Shown: in pieces, positions 34,004-44,276 of the stretch
Layout of the letters: each line of letters begins with the position of its first letter
Numbering within the stretch: the stretch's first letter is position 1
Source of the DNA: an uncultured virus (IMG/VR IMGVR_UViG_3300026125_000001)
Lineage: Duplodnaviria > Heunggongvirae > Uroviricota > Caudoviricetes
Length of the DNA: 64,000 nucleotides
Strand: one strand, 5' to 3'
IMG/VR virus record: IMGVR_UViG_3300026125_000001
Made by a program: the position numbers and the translations under genes
Notes under the pieces: generated by a model
Told to the model about the DNA's origin: nothing
Databases searched by the model: none
What the model saw: the letters and a program-made list of their open reading frames with translations, nothing else

Positions 34004-35725
34004 TTACGCCACCACCATCTTAGAGAAATTGCGTTCTTTAGTGAACTCAATCTTAGACCGGAATTTGCCGTCAAGCTCATCCCGTTTATGTGAGATAACG
34101 AACACGTTGGTGTCGTCTTCAAGCGTACCCAGGATTTTGAGGAGGTTATCCACGCCATCCGAGTCAAGGGAACTATCAAACGTCTCGTCGAGGAGAAGTA
34201 GGTTAGTCGATACGCTGTTTTTCATTTTAGCAATTTGACGCCAAGCAAATAGCAAGGCAAGGTCAATTCGTTGTTTTTCACCTTCCGAGAAAGAACTATA
34301 GTTGAACTTGTCACGGTGGCGAGATTTAATCTCCTCATTGAATGATTCATCAAGGTTAAAGGACACGAAGAAGTCCAGCACCTGAAGATAATTATTGATC
34401 AACTTATTCATGACTGGCAGGTACTGCTTAATGACTTTGGTTTTAATACCCGTATCTTTAAGCATTTCAGCACAGGCTTCCGAATAAGTCTTATCGTCAA
34501 GCAACTCAAGTTTACGTTCGGTCAATGTATCCCTGTCAGCTATAAGTGATTCAAGACCTTCTCGGATAACTTTAACGTCGCCATCACCAACATTCATCGA
34601 ATGAATTTCTTGCTCAAGCGTTTTAATCTCCTCCTGTAATCTATCAATCTCACGGTTATTGCCGTTTATATCATTTTGAGCGGATCGGATCTTTTCATGA
34701 ATATCCTCTAGCCTTTGGATCTCACTATTAACGGCAGATATTTCCTTTTCTGCCTTATTCATAACCTCCTGAAGTTCCTTTGCCTTTACCTTTGCCTGTT
34801 CAACTTTAGATTCTTTGAACTCTGCCTCAAGCCCCTGCTCGCAAGTAGGACATTGATCATGTTCAGAAAAGAACTGAGCCTCCTTAGCGATAGACCGCAT
34901 CTTTTCCTTAAACTGCGCTCCATACTCAATCATCTTGCTTTGTTTCTTCAAAGCCTTCGCCATTTCACGGGAAGCGTCTTCCTGGTACTCTTCAATATAT
35001 TGTGAAGAGACACCATTAGAACTTTGGAGTTCAGCTACCTGAGCTCGGATGGTTAAGATCTTTTCGTTACGGATACGGACTTGTTCTTCATTCAAGTCCG
35101 TTACGTCTTTCAGGTATTTACGTTGAAGCGATATCTTTTCCTTGATCAAGTCAACGTTATAGGTCACATCTTTTATTTCCTCCTTAATCTTGGCGACCTT
35201 TTCCTTGAGGAGAACGTTCATTTTGGTGAATATATTGATATCGAGTAGATCTTCAATAACACCACGGCGAGCTCCGGTGGGCAACTGCATAAACGGAATA
35301 AACGATGAAGACCCCAAAACAACAACTTGGTGAAAAGACTTATGGTTCAATTTCAATATGTTTGATTCAAGGAATTTCTGGTAGTCTTTGACAGCAGCCG
35401 ACTGGTCTATCATTTTATCGTTTTGCCATATTTCAAATATGTTAGGTTTAATCCCCCGAACAACTTTGAACTTATGGTTACCAATTTCAAACTCTACCTC
35501 AACAACGCAGTCTTTATTATTGATAGAGTTTATCAACTGCCCCTTAGTGATATTTCGGTGAGGTTTACCAAATAGCCCAAACGAAATTGCGTCTAGGATA
35601 GTCGATTTACCCGCACCGTTGTGCCCGACAATCAAAGTTGTCGGTGCACGGTCTAGCTGTATATGAGTAAAGTTCTTCCCCGTTGAGAGGAAGTTCTTAT
35701 ATTTTACGGATTTAAAGAGGATCAT
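34004..35725 (-). CDS. 46: Rad50/SbcC-like recombination nuclease subunit gp46
   Basis: GHNGAGKS, CPTC hook, FSEGEK, LDE. Confidence 0.95.
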   Translation of the reverse strand: MILFKSVKYKNFLSTGKNFTHIQLDRAPTTLIVGHNGAGKSTILDAISFGLFGKPHRNITKGQLINSINNKDCVVEVEFEIGNHKFKVVRGIKPNIFEIWQNDKMIDQSAAVKDYQKFLESNILKLNHKSFHQVVVLGSSSFIPFMQLPTGARRGVIEDLLDINIFTKMNVLLKEKVAKIKEEIKDVTYNVDLIKEKISLQRKYLKDVTDLNEEQVRIRNEKILTIRAQVAELQSSNGVSSQYIEEYQEDASREMAKALKKQSKMIEYGAQFKEKMRSIAKEAQFFSEHDQCPTCEQGLEAEFKESKVEQAKVKAKELQEVMNKAEKEISAVNSEIQRLEDIHEKIRSAQNDINGNNREIDRLQEEIKTLEQEIHSMNVGDGDVKVIREGLESLIADRDTLTERKLELLDDKTYSEACAEMLKDTGIKTKVIKQYLPVMNKLINNYLQVLDFFVSFNLDESFNEEIKSRHRDKFNYSSFSEGEKQRIDLALLFAWRQIAKMKNSVSTNLLLLDETFDSSLDSDGVDNLLKILGTLEDDTNVFVISHKRDELDGKFRSKIEFTKERNFSKMVVA

Positions 35726-36786
35726 GCTATCTCCAAATTCGAAGCTTCAGTATACAACGAACGCATCATACCTTTAATACGATCGGCATCAAGGTCAGTC
35801 TCAACAGCCTCAACATATGAATCAAGAAGGGTAGTCGTTTCCTCTACGCTTATCTCATCATCATTTACGTTTTCGCCCATGTACTCATCAAACGTTTCCG
35901 CTATCTTAAGTTCATGAATGTCTAGACCTTGTACTTTATCAACGAAACGGTCAAAATCAAATGTATTAGTTTTCTTCGTAACCACTATCTTGACGAACTT
36001 GCCAAGGAGTTTATCGGTATCGAACTCACTATTATAATCTAATTTGGTGTCGTCGTAAAGTACTTTTTCATGAAGCGTGTAAGGATTGCGAACAGCCGTT
36101 ACTTCCCGAGTCTCGGTATCAAACACGTGGAAGTATTTCGGGTCGTTAGCATCAGACCAGTTGAATTCCATCTGAGCGCCAAAGTATGTAATATTACCTT
36201 GACTTGATTTAGTATGGAAGTGGCCAGACCAAACTTGCTCAAATCGTTTGAACGGTTCAATACCCATACCGTGAGTCGTCGGTATACCCTTATACATCTC
36301 AAAGCCCGCAAACTCAAAATGTCCTCCGACAATATCAGCCTTACACTGCTTAAGGAAACCCATTGTATCAGCATAATTCTGGTTGTTGATCCAAGGGACT
36401 AGGGCAATCTTACAACCGTCATAGTCCATTACACGTGGTTCCATAATGATATTGACGTTTGCGGTGTAGTAACCCAGGAGCTCTTTGAGCGAACAAAGTT
36501 CATTAGTATTCTTGTGAAAAACGTCATGGTTGCCAGGGATTATATCCATTACAATACCCTGTTCTTTGAGGACGTTCAAGAATACCTTTCGGTTGTGGTT
36601 CAAAGCTTGAAAGTTTACATACTTACGGTGCTCATAATAATCGCCAAGATGGATAATATTCTTGATACCATGTTCCTTCAAATAAGGAAAGAAGCATTCA
36701 CTGTAGAACTTCTCTTGGTATTCCATGAATATCTTAGAGCTATTGCGCGCACCCGCGTGCGTATCATTAAGGACAGCGATTTTCAT
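35722..36786 (-). CDS. 47: Mre11/SbcD-like nuclease gp47
   Basis: DTH, GD, GNHD, GHFH. Confidence 0.95.
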   Translation of the reverse strand: MKIAVLNDTHAGARNSSKIFMEYQEKFYSECFFPYLKEHGIKNIIHLGDYYEHRKYVNFQALNHNRKVFLNVLKEQGIVMDIIPGNHDVFHKNTNELCSLKELLGYYTANVNIIMEPRVMDYDGCKIALVPWINNQNYADTMGFLKQCKADIVGGHFEFAGFEMYKGIPTTHGMGIEPFKRFEQVWSGHFHTKSSQGNITYFGAQMEFNWSDANDPKYFHVFDTETREVTAVRNPYTLHEKVLYDDTKLDYNSEFDTDKLLGKFVKIVVTKKTNTFDFDRFVDKVQGLDIHELKIAETFDEYMGENVNDDEISVEETTTLLDSYVEAVETDLDADRIKGMMRSLYTEASNLEIA

Positions 36787-36995
36787 TAAACTAATCTCTC
36801 ATATTCAGTTTCAAACGCCTTTCGGGTTACAGCCCAGTAATCGGCATGACCACGTTTAACTATCCAATCGCCCTTTTTTATCTCATGGAAATTACGCGAT
36901 GATCCGGCAAACAGTTCCAATCTAGTGTGATTTTTACCAGTAAACTGTATTGCTGTAACAACCTTGCCAGTCTCTATATGTTCATATTGCATCAA
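36786..36995 (-). CDS. Hypothetical protein
   Basis: Coupled by start/stop overlaps on both sides; AIQFTG, GDWIVK. Confidence 0.65.
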   Translation of the reverse strand: MMQYEHIETGKVVTAIQFTGKNHTRLELFAGSSRNFHEIKKGDWIVKRGHADYWAVTRKAFETEYERLV

Positions 36996-37567
36996 TAACC
37001 TCCCATGAACAACTCGATGCCTTCCGGATCTTTATCTTCCTTGCCAGTATATTCTTTGAGGGCACGGTCATGACGGTGTACCTGTTCAATACGAGTACGC
37101 AGTTCATCAACAAAAGTATACTCATCAGAAGCCATGTAGTCTTCGTCGTCGTTAAACATGAACTCTTCAAATCCGCCTTGTTCAATAAACTTGAAGCGGA
37201 TATCCTGTTGCTTTTTCTCTTTCTGTAGTCGACGCAGGAAAGCGTACCAGCTGATTTGAGTAAAGTAAGCAAAGGCATTAGGGTTCTTAGTTCGAGTCGC
37301 CCTTTCGATATCGTAGTTATGAATTGCTTTCAGACAGTTCTCAACCGCATCCATCACCATCTCTTCGCGATATGTGTAGCGAATAAAATTAGGTTTGTAA
37401 GACAAGCCTTCTGCGATTTTGAGGAAACATGAAGCAATGTAATCAGGGACAACTAGATCTCGACCTTCAGCCTTTGCCTCCTGATACTTATGAACATAGT
37501 CGTGAACAGCTTGAGAGAACTCTTTATTGTTCACGTAATGTTTGGTATTTTTCTTTTCAGTAGCCAT
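36992..37567 (-). CDS. 55: Late transcription sigma factor gp55
   Basis: HYVNNKEF, PNF..YTYREEM..D, NAFAYFTQI. Confidence 0.95.
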   Translation of the reverse strand: MATEKKNTKHYVNNKEFSQAVHDYVHKYQEAKAEGRDLVVPDYIASCFLKIAEGLSYKPNFIRYTYREEMVMDAVENCLKAIHNYDIERATRTKNPNAFAYFTQISWYAFLRRLQKEKKQQDIRFKFIEQGGFEEFMFNDDEDYMASDEYTFVDELRTRIEQVHRHDRALKEYTGKEDKDPEGIELFMGGY

Positions 37568-37598
37568 AATATATCCTTAAGTTTTAACTTACAACTGT

Positions 37599-37627
37599 AT
37601 TATAGACTATCAGCACTCAAAAGTAAA
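37599..37627 (-). promoter_or_regulatory. Early promoter for gp55
   Basis: TTTACT-N17-TATAAT. Confidence 0.8.
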
Positions 37628-37683
37628 GTCCGTAGGGATAAATTATTTTTATTAAGATAGAAGCAGCGATTGGTTTTTATTAC

Positions 37684-37712
37684 TTTACGAATCGCTGTTT
37701 TCATAGTATAAT
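37684..37712 (+). promoter_or_regulatory. Divergent promoter with no downstream ORF
   Basis: TTTACG-N17-TATAAT on plus strand. Confidence 0.55.
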
Positions 37713-37775
37713 AGAACTACTGTTTGGGGCGGGGTGAATATACCCATTCCAGAGGAAGTACCCTTCGGGCACGTA

Positions 37776-38162
37776 TTAGTGTAAAGTAGCTTCGGAGAGA
37801 GGTACATCATCATAGTAATCATCCTCTTCATCAGCGATAGCTTCTGGCGGCTGAGCCAGATTTATAATTGTATTTAGGTAGTGTTCTTTTGCGTCTAGGT
37901 TAGCTTTAGAATAGCCAACGATATTTGAACGAATAACTGCCACCAAATTATCCTCAGATGTAGGCATCCACTCTTCAAAGTTTAACGTGTAGCTGTTGCT
38001 ATGTCCATTATAAACTTTAATCATCGCCAAAGGCTGTTCAAGGAGTAGGACAGATTCTTTGGGATTATTACGGTTGACGAGACCGATAACCTCGTCACCG
38101 TTATTAAGCTTTAACGTCATAATGTTAAGCGATTCTGCTTCTTGCCTAAGATGGTCACTCAT
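37776..38162 (-). CDS. Conserved Sm/SH3-like phage protein
   Basis: LKLNNGDEVIG, EQP, WMP. Confidence 0.65.
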   Translation of the reverse strand: MSDHLRQEAESLNIMTLKLNNGDEVIGLVNRNNPKESVLLLEQPLAMIKVYNGHSNSYTLNFEEWMPTSEDNLVAVIRSNIVGYSKANLDAKEHYLNTIINLAQPPEAIADEEDDYYDDVPLSEATLH

Positions 38163-39655
38163 AATTCTACCTCATATATTTTGTAGGAGAACTTCTCACG
38201 AGCATAAATTTTTATTCGCTCGCCTGCGTGGTTTAACGTATAGTTTTTCTTAGACTTCCAATGTAAGTCATCAGCAATATCATAAAGGGTTGCCCCCTTA
38301 CCATCATCAGACTTACGTAAGCCTCGACCAATACTCTGTAGAACCTTTACTTGGGACTTAGAAGGACTAGCAAAAATAATGTTATGGAGGTTACGGATAT
38401 TGACGCCAGTAGAAAACACACCCAAACTAGCGACAATAATCGCGTCTTTTTCCTTTTCTGTAATCCTACGAACTTCTTCGCGAGTGTCAACATCTGTAGC
38501 TCCTGATACAAAGAACACCTTCCGACGGCTGTGTGCCTTTTCCTTTATCATATTATATAGCGGTTTGCCGTGTTTCTCAACAAAATTAAACAGAACAAGC
38601 GTATTGCCTTCCTGGTCAAGCGCAAGGTTTCGGATGAACTTATTCCGCTTCTCGTGTTGTACGATAAAGTCGACTTCTGCTTGATACTTCTGTTTAATAA
38701 CCTTTTGGCATTCTTCATCGGTGTACTTCAGAAGCAATACGTTGATTTTCAGGTCTGATAAGGCACCAGAGTCCATTAGATCTTTGGTTGACGTGACCTT
38801 ATAGCTTGGTCCAAAATGCCCTTCGAGGACGAGCTTATGGACCTGAGAACCGTCTAGTGTCCCTGTTGTGCCGAAACGGTATTCCGCCTCTTTACACTTA
38901 CTCAGTATATCGGATAGGGACTTTGCCTTGAAGTTATGAGCTTCGTCTCCGATTACCATTCCGTACTGTTCAAACCACGGAGTATGTAGCTTGTAGATCG
39001 ACTGCCATGTTGAGATAACAATTCGCTCGTCCTTAGCGATCTTAGGTTGCCCACCGTAAATACAGTGGATAAGATTACCCGCATCGAACCCCTCATCATG
39101 CTCGCTGTAATCAGCAAAATCAGAATACATCTGTTTAACAAGCGAGGTTGTAGGAACTACCAACAATATCTTCTTGTTATGATTCTCGAGGTAATAACGG
39201 ACAAGGGAATAAATTATAAACGACTTGCCCGATGCGGTCGGACTAATCAGCAACGCTCTCTTGTTGGATAACCCATGGTGAATGGCGTTAAGCTGATAGT
39301 CACGGTGTTCTATTGGTTCCCCACGGCTAGTGAAAGTACAATCTTCGAGGTAATCGAGATTGATATCCATTGAACCGTCCGGAACACCATAATAGTTATC
39401 TATTTCAACTTCTACTTTATAGTCGCGTACATTGGCGAACTCATAGAGGTACTTATATAGACCTCCTGGGAGCTCGCGCTCGCGAGACTGGAATAATCTA
39501 ACTTTGCCGTCCCACATCTTGTTTTTATACGAAGGCATGAACTGGTAGCCTTCAGCGTAGAAACAGAAGAAGTCGGTCAATTCGTTAAGTATTCCTGGTT
39601 CGGCATCGATGTGTAGAAAAGCGTGATTTTTTTTGCGGACTTTGATCACGTCCAT
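38159..39655 (-). CDS. uvsW: SF2 helicase UvsW
   Basis: PTASGKS, DEAH, TGT, QSIGRGLR. Confidence 0.95.
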   Translation of the reverse strand: MDVIKVRKKNHAFLHIDAEPGILNELTDFFCFYAEGYQFMPSYKNKMWDGKVRLFQSRERELPGGLYKYLYEFANVRDYKVEVEIDNYYGVPDGSMDINLDYLEDCTFTSRGEPIEHRDYQLNAIHHGLSNKRALLISPTASGKSFIIYSLVRYYLENHNKKILLVVPTTSLVKQMYSDFADYSEHDEGFDAGNLIHCIYGGQPKIAKDERIVISTWQSIYKLHTPWFEQYGMVIGDEAHNFKAKSLSDILSKCKEAEYRFGTTGTLDGSQVHKLVLEGHFGPSYKVTSTKDLMDSGALSDLKINVLLLKYTDEECQKVIKQKYQAEVDFIVQHEKRNKFIRNLALDQEGNTLVLFNFVEKHGKPLYNMIKEKAHSRRKVFFVSGATDVDTREEVRRITEKEKDAIIVASLGVFSTGVNIRNLHNIIFASPSKSQVKVLQSIGRGLRKSDDGKGATLYDIADDLHWKSKKNYTLNHAGERIKIYAREKFSYKIYEVEL

Positions 39656-39660
39656 AATTA

Positions 39661-40113
39661 TTATACTCCGCTGGTGAAGCGTCTCCAATCTATCGCATTT
39701 TTAATATTTTGGTGTCGCCATTTAATATTTTCTAGTATTTCTTTCAGTGTATCTATCGTAATTTTAAGTTCTTCAATATCTAGCTCAATATCTTTTAGTT
39801 GATCATCCTTTTGTAGCCAACGTTCGGTTTCAGCTTTTGATTTAGGCGCTGATAAGCCTTCGGTCGGGTCATACCCCCAACCAAGTTCATCCATTTCTTC
39901 CTTAGACATTTTAGCCTGATACCAACGAACTTTCTTCTCAAGAAGTTTCTCGAAAGAGCGCTCTTTGCGTTTTAAGAAGATACGGTGTGCTGAATATATT
40001 TCAAGGTATTTAGAGTGAAGCTTTGCGCCTTTGATTGAAGCGTCATCTAGATCGTTTTCTTCAATGACGCTATCTTTTTTCCACATTTCAATAATCTTTT
40101 CGATTGTAAGCAT
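39661..40113 (-). CDS. uvsY: Recombination mediator UvsY
   Basis: LHSKYL, IKNAIDWRRF.SG; upstream of uvsW. Confidence 0.9.
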   Translation of the reverse strand: MLTIEKIIEMWKKDSVIEENDLDDASIKGAKLHSKYLEIYSAHRIFLKRKERSFEKLLEKKVRWYQAKMSKEEMDELGWGYDPTEGLSAPKSKAETERWLQKDDQLKDIELDIEELKITIDTLKEILENIKWRHQNIKNAIDWRRFTSGV

Positions 40114-40127
40114 AATATAGTAACCTT

Positions 40128-40637
40128 TTAAACGAATTTGTAGTATGAATAGTTGAACGACACGTTTGCGGTCAAATATTCGGTATCTCCTGATGAAGAG
40201 TCAAACGGTAGCGAAGAGATGTTGGTCGGATATGCGTCAACAAATCTTATCTGCCGCCCAACGTTATTATGGGAGGTCAGTATACTTAGGGTCATATCCC
40301 TTGTAGTCTTTTCGCCGTCTTGGATAACTTGGGATAACACCCAATCATGAATCTCTCTGTAGTTGACCAAGTATTCGTCAACCAAAAAAGTACACTCAAG
40401 CGTAGCATATTCGATTTTATCGGACGCTATCATTAAGTTCCTATTAGGAGTGGCAAAGTTAGCTCCTGGGGCAGAGATATCTGGAATAGAAACCATTTGA
40501 ACGAAGAATTCGGCATTCTTAAAACGTTGGTTGTCTATATCCAACCTAAAGCCGACTGGCGAAAGGTAGTTTGCTGGTTGTTGTTGGGAAACAGTATTAT
40601 CGCCCAGCAACAAGTTGTATTCTGGAGTATATGGCAT
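40128..40637 (-). CDS. 3: Tail tube terminator/completion protein gp3
   Basis: F.Q.V.IP.I, FLVDE...NY.EIH.W, F.Y.YY. Confidence 0.8.
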   Translation of the reverse strand: MPYTPEYNLLLGDNTVSQQQPANYLSPVGFRLDIDNQRFKNAEFFVQMVSIPDISAPGANFATPNRNLMIASDKIEYATLECTFLVDEYLVNYREIHDWVLSQVIQDGEKTTRDMTLSILTSHNNVGRQIRFVDAYPTNISSLPFDSSSGDTEYLTANVSFNYSYYKFV

Positions 40638-40662
40638 AATTCACCTCTAGACATTATACCGT

Positions 40663-40670
40663 TATTTATA
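40663..40670 (-). promoter_or_regulatory. Late promoter TATAAATA
   Basis: Exact consensus after gp23 terminator. Confidence 0.8.
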
Positions 40671-40675
40671 GGCGC

Positions 40676-40699
40676 AAAAAAGGGGAGCCGAAGCTCCCC
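40676..40699 (-). terminator. gp23 terminator
   Basis: GGGGAGC-TTCG-GCTCCCC-TTTTTT. Confidence 0.9.
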
Positions 40700-40741
40700 A
40701 GAACGGTCCCTAAGGTAGTAGGGAAACCAGTGTTACATCAA

Positions 40742-42052
40742 TTACGCAGCAGCGTCAAGGATGTTAGCAACTTTGAAAGAACGGTAGTAAACGTTGTTAC
40801 GAGCGTTAGCAGAAAGCGCACCAGTGAATGGGTTAGCAATCATGCCGTAACGAGTCTTGAAGCCGATCTTAGGCTGGAAAGTATTTTCACCAACCGCACG
40901 AACCATAGTGAGTGGTACGTATGGGCAGTAGAACATACCAGCGTCGTATGCGTTAGAACCTTTGTAACCAACAGTTACGTAGTTAACACCAGCGTATGGG
41001 TCAAGGTAAACTTTCATACCACCAGTGATAGTACCAACGAAAGTAGTACCAGTAACGTCAGAAGCAACGCCAGCATTGCCAGAAAGCGCTGGAGTGTTGT
41101 CTAGCATGCCAGAAGCTGAAAGTACAGCAGCAACGTCAGCAGATACTAGGATGAAGTTACCTTTACCGCGACGAGTTTCGATAGCGATCTGGTTAGCTTC
41201 ACGCTGTAGGTGAACTAGAAGACCTTTGTAACGCTCTACAGACCAACGACCATCAGCATCAGCAGCAAGGTCGAAAGTACCTTTAACAGCGATTTCAGCC
41301 TGCTGTGCGCCAAGGATAGAACGGCTGTTGATAGTACGAACTACTTCACGGTTGATTTCAGCAAGGATCTCAGCAGAAAGGATAGTAGCAAGTTCAGACT
41401 CAGCGTCGAGACCGTGAACAGCTTTAAGATCCTGAGCAAGTTCCATAGTGTACTCAGCTTTCAATGCACGAGTCTTAGCTTCAACAGAAGTTTTCTCGAT
41501 GCTGAAAGACATCTCAGCGAAATCTGGACCCTGACCGTCACCTAGAGCTTCACCAGCTGCAGTAGACATACCAGTACCTGGGAAGTAATCGCCCACGTCA
41601 GGAGTACCGTCAGTATCAGCTGCGAACGGATCGTTAGAAGAAGTAGCAGTAGCAGAAGCGCCAGAGAAAGCAGAATTTGCTTCGTTGAATAGAGCTTCAG
41701 CACCCTGATTACCGTAACGAGATTTCATTGCGAACACAAGACCAGTAGGACCAGTCATTGGCTGTACGCCACAAAGATCGTAAGCAATAAGGTTAGGCAT
41801 TGCACGACGAACCAAAGAGATTAGGATTGGATCCCAAGTGTCGATAGCGCCAGTACCAGCGTTGCCGATGTTGTTAGTTGGAGCAGCTTCAGAAAGGTAA
41901 CGAGCTTGGCCACGCTCTTCAGCAAGTGCACGCTCAGTGTTTTCTAGAAGAACTGCAGTTACCGCTTTACGGTGTGCGTCAGCGAAAGCAGGAGCTTCAG
42001 CAGCTTCCATTACAGGAGACCATTTCTCCATAAGTTGTTCAGATTTAAACAT
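40742..42052 (-). CDS. 23: Major capsid protein gp23
   Basis: LIAYDLCGVQPMTGPTGL, ELAQDLKAVHG, FQPKIGFKTRYG. Confidence 0.98.
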   Translation of the reverse strand: MFKSEQLMEKWSPVMEAAEAPAFADAHRKAVTAVLLENTERALAEERGQARYLSEAAPTNNIGNAGTGAIDTWDPILISLVRRAMPNLIAYDLCGVQPMTGPTGLVFAMKSRYGNQGAEALFNEANSAFSGASATATSSNDPFAADTDGTPDVGDYFPGTGMSTAAGEALGDGQGPDFAEMSFSIEKTSVEAKTRALKAEYTMELAQDLKAVHGLDAESELATILSAEILAEINREVVRTINSRSILGAQQAEIAVKGTFDLAADADGRWSVERYKGLLVHLQREANQIAIETRRGKGNFILVSADVAAVLSASGMLDNTPALSGNAGVASDVTGTTFVGTITGGMKVYLDPYAGVNYVTVGYKGSNAYDAGMFYCPYVPLTMVRAVGENTFQPKIGFKTRYGMIANPFTGALSANARNNVYYRSFKVANILDAAA

Positions 42053-42076
42053 TTTTGTTATTCCTCGATCAATCGA

Positions 42077-43063
42077 TTAGTGAGATTTTTTAATTGCAGC
42101 AAGGTAAGCAGACATACGAGCATCAACAACTTTTTCTTCAGTTGATTCTGTTAGTTCTTCTTCCTGTGGAGCAGCAACTTTAGTCTTAAAGTAAGATTCT
42201 TTGATGGTTTCAACTTTCTCAGCGAAAGAATCAGCATCAGTAAAATCTACGTCTTCAACTAGTGATTTAAGTTTTTCAGCCTGAGCCTGTGAAAGACCTT
42301 CAGCAGCTTCAACGATGATAGCTTGACGGGTTAGTTCAGCAACAGCTTCAGATAGCTCGAGAGCTTCTTCAACTTTAGCATTGTAACCTTCTTCAAGTTC
42401 TTCAATTTTCTGAGCAAGCTCTTCAACTAGATCAGCCTTACCTTCTGGTACAGCGATGTAGTGATCAGCGAATACACCGTGAAGTGCGCCCATGAAAGAT
42501 TCTGCGATTTCAGAACGTAGACCAGTTTCAACTGCTAGTTTATTTTCTTCCATCCAAGACTCAACAACGTAGTTAAGGTATGAATCAACCTTTTCTACTA
42601 GTTCAGCTTTGATGGTAGCAGTCTGCTCTTCTAGCTGTTCAGCGTAAGATTCTTCTAGACGCTCAACGTGCTCAGCAAGTTTAGACTTGAGAGCAGCTTC
42701 AAAGATAACACCAGCTTTGTTGCGGAAACCTTCAGACAAAGTAGCTTCGTCTTCTACAAGTGCGTCAAGGTCTTCAGCGAACGTATCTTCTTTTACGTAA
42801 GAATCGGTTGCCATTTTGCCTTTAGCGCCTTTTGGTAGAGCTTTAGCTTTTTTGTTCGCAGAAGCTTTAACAGCAGCAGTCGTAGCGGCAGCAGCTTCAG
42901 TGCTGTCTTTGTCTACAGACTCTTCCATTTCGTCTTCTTCGTCTTCGTCTTCATCTTCTTCTTCAGCTAATTCAGCTGCAGCTTCCAAAAGTTCCTCGTC
43001 AGTAACTTCAACGTCCTCAACGAGTTCATCTTGGAGCTGTTCTTCAACGTCATATTTAGACAT
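42077..43063 (-). CDS. 22: Prohead core scaffold gp22
   Basis: Acidic coiled coil, IFEAA, VDSYL.YVVE.W. Confidence 0.9.
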   Translation of the reverse strand: MSKYDVEEQLQDELVEDVEVTDEELLEAAAELAEEEDEDEDEEDEMEESVDKDSTEAAAATTAAVKASANKKAKALPKGAKGKMATDSYVKEDTFAEDLDALVEDEATLSEGFRNKAGVIFEAALKSKLAEHVERLEESYAEQLEEQTATIKAELVEKVDSYLNYVVESWMEENKLAVETGLRSEIAESFMGALHGVFADHYIAVPEGKADLVEELAQKIEELEEGYNAKVEEALELSEAVAELTRQAIIVEAAEGLSQAQAEKLKSLVEDVDFTDADSFAEKVETIKESYFKTKVAAPQEEELTESTEEKVVDARMSAYLAAIKKSH

Positions 43064-43149
43064 TTTATACTCCTATTGAGTTAAAGTTTGAGAGGAAAGC
43101 TAAATTGCGTTTCAGTCTCACTTAATCAATGATCCCATAATTATTCAAA

Positions 43150-43157
43150 TATTTATA
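43150..43157 (-). promoter_or_regulatory. Late promoter for gp22-gp23
   Basis: Exact TATAAATA. Confidence 0.8.
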
Positions 43158-43162
43158 TAATT

Positions 43163-43333
43163 TTATTCTTCAGCTTGGGAAGCGCCCATAGACTGAGAAA
43201 TAGCTTGGCCAACTTCAACACGACGAGCGTCAATAGCTTCTAACGTGCGTGATTGAAGTTCAGCTTTAAATTCTTGTTCAGCGGATTTATAATCGCCGGA
43301 TTCCAATGCATCAATAAAATTTTCTACAGACAT
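43163..43333 (-). CDS. 67: Prohead core protein gp67-like (56 aa)
   Basis: Hand translation MSVENFIDALESGDYKSAEQEFKAELQSRTLEAIDARRVEVGQAI; GAGGTG SD; TAATG coupling to gp21. Confidence 0.7.
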   Translation of the reverse strand: MSVENFIDALESGDYKSAEQEFKAELQSRTLEAIDARRVEVGQAISQSMGASQAEE

Positions 43334-43995
43334 TATTTCACCTCAATTGAATTTAAGAAGTTCTTGAACATACGAATAGAACTATCAGTGTCAAGCTTCT
43401 TATAGTTTTCTTTAATGTATTTAGCCTGTGTTTCTACGACTTCTTGAGTCCATATACCGAGCTTGTCATTGTATATCCACTCAGCGCCTTCCATGATACC
43501 GTTTACGAAAGCTTCATGAGCAGATGGGTCTTGTACAATATCAACGGTATTTAGCATGAAGTCTTCACCGACCATCATAGTGCCGTCTTTGCCTCGAACA
43601 ACCGAACCCATACCACGAGAAGATACACCTAGCTGTACACCGCCTTCCATTAGTCCGCGAGCAATCTGACCCATCGGAGTATTTAGTATCTTGGCTTTAC
43701 CGATGACGTTGTTACCTTCCCACTTCAATTCAGTGATCAAGTGAGATACTTTGTCAAGGTTTACGGTTGGTCCATCCGGATGATTCAACTCACCAACAGC
43801 ACGACCCTTAGAAACTTGCTCGGTGACATATTTATCGACAGCACGTTCCATAGTTGCTTTAGGGTAGATACGTCCATTTCGGTTCTTAGCATCTGACTGC
43901 ATAAAGATACCTTCAATGTACATAGTCTTTTCGCCATTTTTAGCTTCAGTGATATACTCAAGCTGTTGGTCGAAGTGTTCTGTGATGAGCTTCAT
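43333..43995 (-). CDS. 21: Prohead protease gp21
   Basis: NRNGRIYP, GELNHP, GVSSRGMGS, DIVQDPSA. Confidence 0.95.
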   Translation of the reverse strand: MKLITEHFDQQLEYITEAKNGEKTMYIEGIFMQSDAKNRNGRIYPKATMERAVDKYVTEQVSKGRAVGELNHPDGPTVNLDKVSHLITELKWEGNNVIGKAKILNTPMGQIARGLMEGGVQLGVSSRGMGSVVRGKDGTMMVGEDFMLNTVDIVQDPSAHEAFVNGIMEGAEWIYNDKLGIWTQEVVETQAKYIKENYKKLDTDSSIRMFKNFLNSIEVK

Positions 43996-43998
43996 ACA

Positions 43999-44274
43999 TT
44001 ACCCCTTAGGATTCTGAATACTGGTGAAGAATACTGTAGCAGCACCAGCAAATAGATATTCGTCAGCGCCTTTATGAATCACCAATTCCCCGTTACCAGC
44101 CACTGACATAGAGCCGACAACAGTAGTTTGATCGTTCGCTACCAATGTGACTAGAGCAGGAGTGGTTGTAGTATTGATTACCCGAACCACCTTTGCGTTG
44201 CTGACGGTAGAAGAAGAACCAATGACAGTAGCAGCAGCTTCTTCTGCGCTGATTGGTCTGTAGATATTTGCCAT
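43999..44274 (-). CDS. Small beta-rich virion protein
   Basis: Position in head module. Confidence 0.6.
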   Translation of the reverse strand: MANIYRPISAEEAAATVIGSSSTVSNAKVVRVINTTTTPALVTLVANDQTTVVGSMSVAGNGELVIHKGADEYLFAGAATVFFTSIQNPKG

Positions 44275-44276
44275 GT

